64,000 bases of DNA from assembly GCA_964496035.1 (NCBI GenBank), contig CAZBXI010000001.1, positions 1,126 through 65,125 of the forward strand. Reading direction: 5' to 3'. Within the stretch, counting starts at the first letter, position 1. Each line of letters starts with the position of its first letter. A program made the translations under genes and the position numbers. This document shows positions 58,658-64,000 of this stretch, piece after piece. The notes beneath the pieces were generated by a model, which made no database searches, was not told the DNA's origin, and saw only the letters and a program-made list of their open reading frames with translations. The stretch is from an uncultured Desulfurococcales archaeon. GTDB lineage: Archaea; Thermoproteota; Thermoprotei_A; EX4484-217-1.

Positions 58658-58901
58658 TATGAATTACGGCCCCTACTCTTGTTAGTTCTTTTTCAATATC
58701 ATCAAAATTTATATCTTCACCCTCAATGGTAATGATTAGACCCATAGTTTCAACGTCAACCTCGTTTACAGTAACGTTTACAGCAGATACCCCCTTAACC
58801 CTAGCTAACGCCTTAGCAACATCGACAACTGAAGGCTCTTTCAATGGCTTTAAAACATCGAGAACAAGTCTTCTAATTTTAACTCTACCTGTTTTACTCA
58901 T
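58590..58901 (-). CDS. DUF211 family protein
   Basis: IRRLVLDVLKP, EVDVET, GAVIHSVDQV. Confidence 0.92.
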   Translation of the reverse strand: MSKTGRVKIRRLVLDVLKPLKEPSVVDVAKALARVKGVSAVNVTVNEVDVETMGLIITIEGEDINFDDIEKELTRVGAVIHSVDQVVVGEKIIESAQPPQART

Positions 58902-59024
58902 ATACTCCTGCTTCACCCTCCGCTATAACTACTATAGTAAACTCTTTTCCTTATAAACATTAATAAAAATAAGAACATAAGACATTTATGTGAATTTAAA
59001 ACTGTGGAGATAGGAGTGTATTCG

Positions 59025-59474
59025 ATGGCTCTGGACGAGCTAGATAAGAAAATAATAAATGCACTCATTGAAAACCCCAGAATAACGTATAGGAAGTTAG
59101 CTAAAAGTTTAGGTGTCTCGGTAGGCACCGTGTATAATCGAGTGAAGAAGCTAATGAGCCGAGGCATTATAAGAGACTTCACAGTACAGGTTGACTTTTC
59201 AAAGGTAGGATACGACGTAACAGCTTTAATACTAGTTAAGGTTGATGGAAAACATATAATAGACGTTGAACGCGAAGTAGCCAGATACCCTAATGTATGT
59301 GCAGTTTACGATGTTACCGGAGAATTTGATGTAATAGTTGTTGCGAAATTTAGAAATATAGGAGAATTAAACAAGTTTATCAAGAATTTACTTGCAAAAC
59401 CGTACGTTCTAAGCACCAATACAAGTATAGCATTAAATGTGGTGAAAGAAAACTTTAAACTCAAAATACCTTAA
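59025..59474 (+). CDS. Lrp/AsnC-family regulator
   Basis: LDELDKKII..L..NPR, LGVS..TV.NRVKKL...GII, VYDVTGEFD. Confidence 0.95.
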   Translation: MALDELDKKIINALIENPRITYRKLAKSLGVSVGTVYNRVKKLMSRGIIRDFTVQVDFSKVGYDVTALILVKVDGKHIIDVEREVARYPNVCAVYDVTGEFDVIVVAKFRNIGELNKFIKNLLAKPYVLSTNTSIALNVVKENFKLKIP

Positions 59475-59477
59475 GGG

Positions 59478-59723
59478 GTGTTAGCAATGAAGAAACATAG
59501 ACCATTAGTTAAAACACCTAGGCTAATAAGTAAAGGGAAAACAACGCCAAAATGGAGAAAAGGAAGAGGGTTTAGCTTACCTGAACTTAAAGAGGCAGGT
59601 ATAACGCTTGATGTAGCGAAAAAACTGAGGATATACGTCGATAAGAGACGAAGATCAAAACATAAGGAAAACGTTGAATATTTAAAGAAACTTCTTGAGG
59701 AATTCAGTAAAGCTAAAAGCTAA
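59478..59723 (+). CDS. rpl13e: 50S ribosomal protein L13e
   Basis: R.GRGFSL.EL.EAG, VDKRRRS.H.ENV. Confidence 0.95.
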   Translation: MLAMKKHRPLVKTPRLISKGKTTPKWRKGRGFSLPELKEAGITLDVAKKLRIYVDKRRRSKHKENVEYLKKLLEEFSKAKS

Positions 59724-59737
59724 TTATAACTCAGCTA

Positions 59738-60001
59738 CTACTTGCTACAACAGAGAACACATATCAGTCTAACAGGGTCTAATTGCCTAGAACATTTTTC
59801 ACAAACTATTCTACCGCACTTAATACATGAACCTAAGGCTAAATATTCTCCACATATTTCGCATAAACTTTCTTTACAAACAATGCATATTCCATCATTA
59901 AGGCTAAAATGCTCTGAACAAACTCTTCTTCCACATATTTTACAGGCATGTATAGCCTCCATTTCCTCACATATCTCGCATTTAACGTTCTTGTCTTCCA
60001 A
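59738..60001 (-). CDS. Small protein with tandem Cys-rich zinc-finger repeats
   Basis: Two copies of CEIC....A...C..CGR.VC..(H/C)....IC..C. Confidence 0.85.
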   Translation of the reverse strand: MEDKNVKCEICEEMEAIHACKICGRRVCSEHFSLNDGICIVCKESLCEICGEYLALGSCIKCGRIVCEKCSRQLDPVRLICVLCCSK

Positions 60002-60116
60002 CCCATACCACCAAGGACTTCTTAATTAAATAACATAGACAGGTAAAAATATCCCCTATGTCCATATATTCCATAGCTATTTAAAGCCCTATGTTATCTA
60101 TATTAAGGGTTAAAAA

Positions 60117-60722
60117 ATGAGTTCCTCGGAGTACAGCGTATACGTAGAACATGAATATTTAGCAAGGGTATTGCCTGTAATTCTCATAGTTGTATATTCC
60201 AGCACCTTACTCTTCGGCGTATCATTAGCTGTTACAAATCCCGCATATGCTCATGAAGTTCTTGAGCCAGCTATTAGAAGTATCGAAGAGAGCCCCTTAA
60301 CGAAGTTATGTCAAGAAGCTTCAAAATTATGGTTTAGTGAAAAAACTCTTGAAGCTACCTTACTCATTGTTGTTATAGGTTTTCTCAGGACTTTGTCAGA
60401 ACTTATAACAGCTTTGTTGCCACCATATGTTGCGTTTACATACTTCATAGAAGGTTTATTCATAGGCACTTCGGAGTACATGGAGAGATTGTTTTTAGTA
60501 ATGTATATACCAGTAACAGTGGGTGATCTAATATCGATATCCCTTATTGAGAGCGGTCTGTTTCAAATATTGCTTTCAAAAACGAAGAATAGGCCTCTAG
60601 GAAATATAAGTGTTGTATTGATAATTACGGGTATCATAGGTGTCTTTGTGGCGAGCTACTTAGCAACCATTTCATCATGTATTATTGAAGGAATACTTTT
60701 AAGCCATAAACCAGGTTTTTAA
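60117..60722 (+). CDS. Hypothetical membrane protein
   Basis: About 5 hydrophobic segments. Confidence 0.65.
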   Translation: MSSSEYSVYVEHEYLARVLPVILIVVYSSTLLFGVSLAVTNPAYAHEVLEPAIRSIEESPLTKLCQEASKLWFSEKTLEATLLIVVIGFLRTLSELITALLPPYVAFTYFIEGLFIGTSEYMERLFLVMYIPVTVGDLISISLIESGLFQILLSKTKNRPLGNISVVLIITGIIGVFVASYLATISSCIIEGILLSHKPGF

Positions 60723-61881
60723 TGTTCTTAGTAGATAAAACGGTATTTAAAATGTTAAGTATTGAACGAGGTCTTCCAAGAATAACGTTTTTCAACAACT
60801 TTTCATGGTAATCATAGTCGACGTACTTTATTTCAACATTTTCACCAATAGACTTGAGCACATCTTCTTTCTCCTTTAACGTCAGTTCGTGAAACACTTG
60901 AGAAAGTAGCCCCTGTATTTTCAGTCTTAATCTTAATTTTAATGTTTCTTCTTCATACTTGCTAAATAAATACTCTACATCTTCAAACTTCGCATTAATG
61001 ATGTTGGCTAGTTTTCTCCCAAATAATGCGTGTACATATAAACCACCGCCAGTTAGTGGTTTTACATGTAAGGCTGCATCACCGATCATTACAACTCTTT
61101 TGTAATGATCTTTCCAGCGCGGAGGAGTTTTCAATACTATGCCTCCAAAAGGTTTTCCTTTCTCTTTCACGTGAACTATTCCTTTAGCGCATAGAAAGCT
61201 AATAAAAGAATTTAAGGTGTTCAGGCTAATGTTCTCTCCACCTATCCCTATTCTTACATGTTTTTCATCTAATGGAACTATCCATCCAAAAAACCCTTTA
61301 GCATAATTATCAGAAAACACCACTGTAAACTCGTCTACATGCTGTGTTTTTCCTACACAGTCCATTTGAATACCATAAACTCTAGCCTTTTTCCTATCAT
61401 TTTTAAATATTTGCCTTCTTATTCTATGGATAGCTCCTTCAGCATTCACTATAATATTGCCGTAAACAATTTTGCCGTTATCTAATCGTATGCAGGGTTT
61501 AAGGGTTCCTATGCTCATTACCCTATGAGCGAAATGAAACTCAAACTTGTCCCGAACATTGTAGAATAATTCTTTCAAATACCTTGTTCTGTCTAAAACA
61601 TATACAGGATTACTCGGAATTATTTCTACTTTAGCTCCCGTTTCTGTCATGATACATAATCTTTTAAACTTATTAACTACGCTTTTACGAGCCGCTTTAC
61701 CTACAATATTTAGTACTCTCTGACTCACTATCCCCGTGCAATGCCTTTTCATTCCTATGCCACTCTGTTCTTCAAAAACTGATACATCAAAGTGTTCTTT
61801 AAGGAAATTTAAGAATGATAGCGCAGCAGAACCGGCACCTACAACGATGATATCGTAATGTTTCCTCATAAAATTCCACAT
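60682..61881 (-). CDS. Geranylgeranyl-reductase-family FAD oxidoreductase
   Basis: GAGSAA, HCTG, FFGWIVP, GDAA..VKPLTGGG. Confidence 0.88.
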   Translation of the reverse strand: MWNFMRKHYDIIVVGAGSAALSFLNFLKEHFDVSVFEEQSGIGMKRHCTGIVSQRVLNIVGKAARKSVVNKFKRLCIMTETGAKVEIIPSNPVYVLDRTRYLKELFYNVRDKFEFHFAHRVMSIGTLKPCIRLDNGKIVYGNIIVNAEGAIHRIRRQIFKNDRKKARVYGIQMDCVGKTQHVDEFTVVFSDNYAKGFFGWIVPLDEKHVRIGIGGENISLNTLNSFISFLCAKGIVHVKEKGKPFGGIVLKTPPRWKDHYKRVVMIGDAALHVKPLTGGGLYVHALFGRKLANIINAKFEDVEYLFSKYEEETLKLRLRLKIQGLLSQVFHELTLKEKEDVLKSIGENVEIKYVDYDYHEKLLKNVILGRPRSILNILNTVLSTKNIKNLVYGLKVFLQ

Positions 61882-61905
61882 GATATTTAAGATAGGTTAC
61901 GTTTA

Positions 61906-62376
61906 ATGTATTTTTACCTAAGAGTTAATACTGGGTGGTATATTGTGTCTGAGAATATTAAGCCTTTTAGAAAACTTATACATGTAAATGCTTGTTCACG
62001 TATGATACGGAAACTTAAAAAGATACTTATTTACGGTACATGTCTGAGAGATGAACATCCAGAAATTTTAGAAAAATTTTCTACAGATCGTGTTCCTTTG
62101 GCGGTATGTTTAGAAGAAGAACACATGAACATGGTTGGTTTTAAATTAGCTACAATGATGAAGACTTGCAAGCCTAATGAGATAGTTGTGTTAACAGTAG
62201 ACGGTAGTCCTCATTGTGTGCAATTACATATGATGGTTGAAGAATGCCTGAAGCTCGTTCCAGAGGTTACAGTTAAACACTACGTGGTACATAAGGGGGA
62301 TGTAATAGAAGTTTCTTCTAAGGTAGTTAAAACATCACGCTATTTAAGCAAGGTTAAGAAGCTTCTGGGAGAGTAA
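61906..62376 (+). CDS. Cys-containing putative Fe-S-associated protein
   Basis: CLRDEHP, CLEEEH.NMVGFKLA, DGSPHC.QLH; start may be the later GTG. Confidence 0.75.
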   Translation: MYFYLRVNTGWYIVSENIKPFRKLIHVNACSRMIRKLKKILIYGTCLRDEHPEILEKFSTDRVPLAVCLEEEHMNMVGFKLATMMKTCKPNEIVVLTVDGSPHCVQLHMMVEECLKLVPEVTVKHYVVHKGDVIEVSSKVVKTSRYLSKVKKLLGE

Positions 62377-62379
62377 GTT

Positions 62380-62427
62380 AGCTCAAAAAACAATGAGCTC
62401 AATGAGTATTGGTAAAGTAATACTCAT
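62380..62427. terminator. Tandem hairpins between convergent genes
   Basis: AGCTCA-N8-TGAGCT and ATGAGTATT-N8-AATACTCAT; T6 run on the minus strand. Confidence 0.4.
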
Positions 62428-62810
62428 CCCCGATATGAGCGGTCAACATAGCCTCTAATGACTTTTTTAGCTTTTAGACTTGAAGCTATGTAATGGAATG
62501 CTGCTTCAGGATCTGTATGTTCTCCGCAAGAGTAAACATCAACTGTTGCAAAGCTAAATTCAGGCCAAGTATGTACGGCTATATGGCTTTCAAGAACTAT
62601 AGCAACTATGCTTACTCCATCGCCGATTTTCCAGGATTTAACATCAAGCAATGTCATATTGCCTATTTTCGTAGCCTCTACAACTATATCCTTCAGCATT
62701 ACTTCATTTCTAAGGAGCTCAGTATCACATTCATAAAGCTCTCCATAAACATGTTTGCCAATAACCTTCGGCACAGAGACTCTTCTTTGCAAAGCTACGA
62801 GTTCCGTCAT
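62424..62810 (-). CDS. speD: S-adenosylmethionine decarboxylase proenzyme
   Basis: Pyruvoyl cleavage site [25 protein letters not shown] fits AdoMetDC rather than the arginine decarboxylase paralog. Confidence 0.9.
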   Translation of the reverse strand: MTELVALQRRVSVPKVIGKHVYGELYECDTELLRNEVMLKDIVVEATKIGNMTLLDVKSWKIGDGVSIVAIVLESHIAVHTWPEFSFATVDVYSCGEHTDPEAAFHYIASSLKAKKVIRGYVDRSYRG

Positions 62811-62848
62811 CGCCCCCTAACACCCCCCTCTTGGGGGATTACCCCCCT
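62811..62848 (-). promoter_or_regulatory. GC-rich homopolymer-run element directly upstream of speD
   Basis: Minus strand GGGGGG-TAAT-CCCCC-AAGA-GGGGGG-TGTTA-GGGGG-CG-ATG. Confidence 0.5.
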
Positions 62849-62932
62849 ATAACATTTAAAGTTTACCCTCAAAGAAATGTGAGAATAGAATATAAGCAAA
62901 ACCCGCACTCCATAAGTCTAGGTGGATACATA

Positions 62933-63409
62933 ATGGCTATGCCCGGATTTCAAATAGTAAGATATGTAAAGGACATTATCAGCAAAGATCAGCTACAACC
63001 AGCAGGAGTAGATTTAACAGTAAGTAAGATCTTTGAGTTAAAATCGCGCGGATATTTAGGTGTTAATCGTAGAGAGATTTCTGATGTTCAAGAAGTTCCT
63101 AAGAGAAACGGAAAATGGTATTTAGGCAAGGGAGTATACAAAGTTCTAATTAATGAAATAATACATGTGCCAGAGAATGCTATAGGCATATGTTTTCCTA
63201 GATCATCACTTCTAAGGATGGGTGTAGATGTAAGATGCGCACTTTGGGACCCTGGATATTATGGTAGAAGTGAAATACTACTAGTTGTCCATAATGGGCA
63301 TGGTGTTGTTATTGAAGAAAACGCTAGAATAGCGCAAATCGTTTTCATAAGACTAACGGAAAAACCTCATAAACTGTACTCAGGCATTTACAAAGGCGAA
63401 AACGTATGA
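62933..63409 (+). CDS. dut: Trimeric dUTPase (dCTP-deaminase family)
   Basis: QLQPAGVDL, PRSSLLRMG, WDPGY.GRS, RIAQ, Y.G.Y; ATG 62933 after GGTGG SD. Confidence 0.88.
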   Translation: MAMPGFQIVRYVKDIISKDQLQPAGVDLTVSKIFELKSRGYLGVNRREISDVQEVPKRNGKWYLGKGVYKVLINEIIHVPENAIGICFPRSSLLRMGVDVRCALWDPGYYGRSEILLVVHNGHGVVIEENARIAQIVFIRLTEKPHKLYSGIYKGENV

Positions 63410-64000
63410 TAGACCTTAACGAAGAACACATAGTTAGAGTATGTGAGAGCTTAAGGTTTATCAAGATACCTCTAGACGACTTTACAAACCCTAATTATTA
63501 CCCGGTAAAAGGTAGCTTAGAGGATACAGCAAGGTATTTCGTATTCATGGTGGCCATAGATCATAGAACAAGCTATAAAGGTGTAAGTTACGAGGAAACT
63601 ATTAATGGCAAATTGTATCATGGCGCAGACTTACTTTATAAATTGGGTGCTATGAAGTATGAAGAAGATCCAGAATTTTTCTCGCCACGAAACATGGCAA
63701 AAATAACTGTAAAAGACGTTAAAGCGTGGCTAAACCATGGTAAAGCAAGAATATGGGATATAGGAGTAAGAACAATGCTTCTTAGGGATCTAGGACTTAA
63801 ACTAATAAGATTATACAATGGCAAGGTATTAAATCTCATAGCTGAAAGTAAAGGGTATTTAAAGAAGATGAATAGAGGATTAATAAATTCACTAAAAACG
63901 TTTAAAGCTTATGAAGACCCCGTTGAAAAGAAAGCCTATCTACTGGTAAAATTTCTTGAAAGAAGGAAAATAATGCAAATAAAGGATCAAGAGCATATTG
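63406..64000 (+). CDS. Queuosine-salvage (DUF2419/QNG1)-like protein, 3'-truncated; absent from the ORF track
   Basis: Manual translation MIDLNEEHIVRVCESL...YFVFMVAIDHRT...YHGADLL...FFSP...R...L..LG...F.AYEDPVEKKAYLL.KFL; ATGA overlap with the dut stop. Confidence 0.7.
   Translation, partial: MIDLNEEHIVRVCESLRFIKIPLDDFTNPNYYPVKGSLEDTARYFVFMVAIDHRTSYKGVSYEETINGKLYHGADLLYKLGAMKYEEDPEFFSPRNMAKITVKDVKAWLNHGKARIWDIGVRTMLLRDLGLKLIRLYNGKVLNLIAESKGYLKKMNRGLINSLKTFKAYEDPVEKKAYLLVKFLERRKIMQIKDQEHI

Noticed and set aside
1..64000. CRISPR arrays, tRNA/rRNA genes, IS elements, defence islands
   Set aside because: No periodic repeats, cloverleaf-sized GC-rich islands, transposase or cas motifs seen on manual reading

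Overview
AT-rich, gene-dense chromosomal segment of a hyperthermophilic crenarchaeon (Thermoprotei, most likely Desulfurococcales-like, judged from reverse gyrase, Alba, Rpo13, L13e, GatCAB, a Ced DNA-import operon and GGTGA-type Shine-Dalgarno sites). It is mostly core genes: two Lhr helicases, XPB, PCNA, PriL, tRNA-modification, lipid and nucleoside-salvage genes. I saw no rRNA, tRNA, CRISPR array, IS element or provirus. Signals not in the ORF track: (1) eight box C/D guide sRNA candidates and one H/ACA candidate in intergenic gaps, three of them bracketing a single orphan gene, and several with plausible tRNA targets; (2) a nucleoside-catabolism operon in which ribose-1,5-bisphosphate isomerase has a tandem, catalytically degenerate, eIF2B-alpha-like twin, and whose uridine phosphorylase has no canonical start codon; (3) an aCcr1-like ribbon-helix-helix regulator divergent from the ced operon, with a GTAWTAC box recurring in several promoters; (4) a CedA with a large inserted domain and a second membrane-anchored VirD4/HerA-like ATPase; (5) a queuosine-salvage-like gene coupled to dUTPase and a GC-rich element upstream of SAM decarboxylase. 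All family assignments and RNA targets come from motif recognition by eye and from memory; no searches were run.
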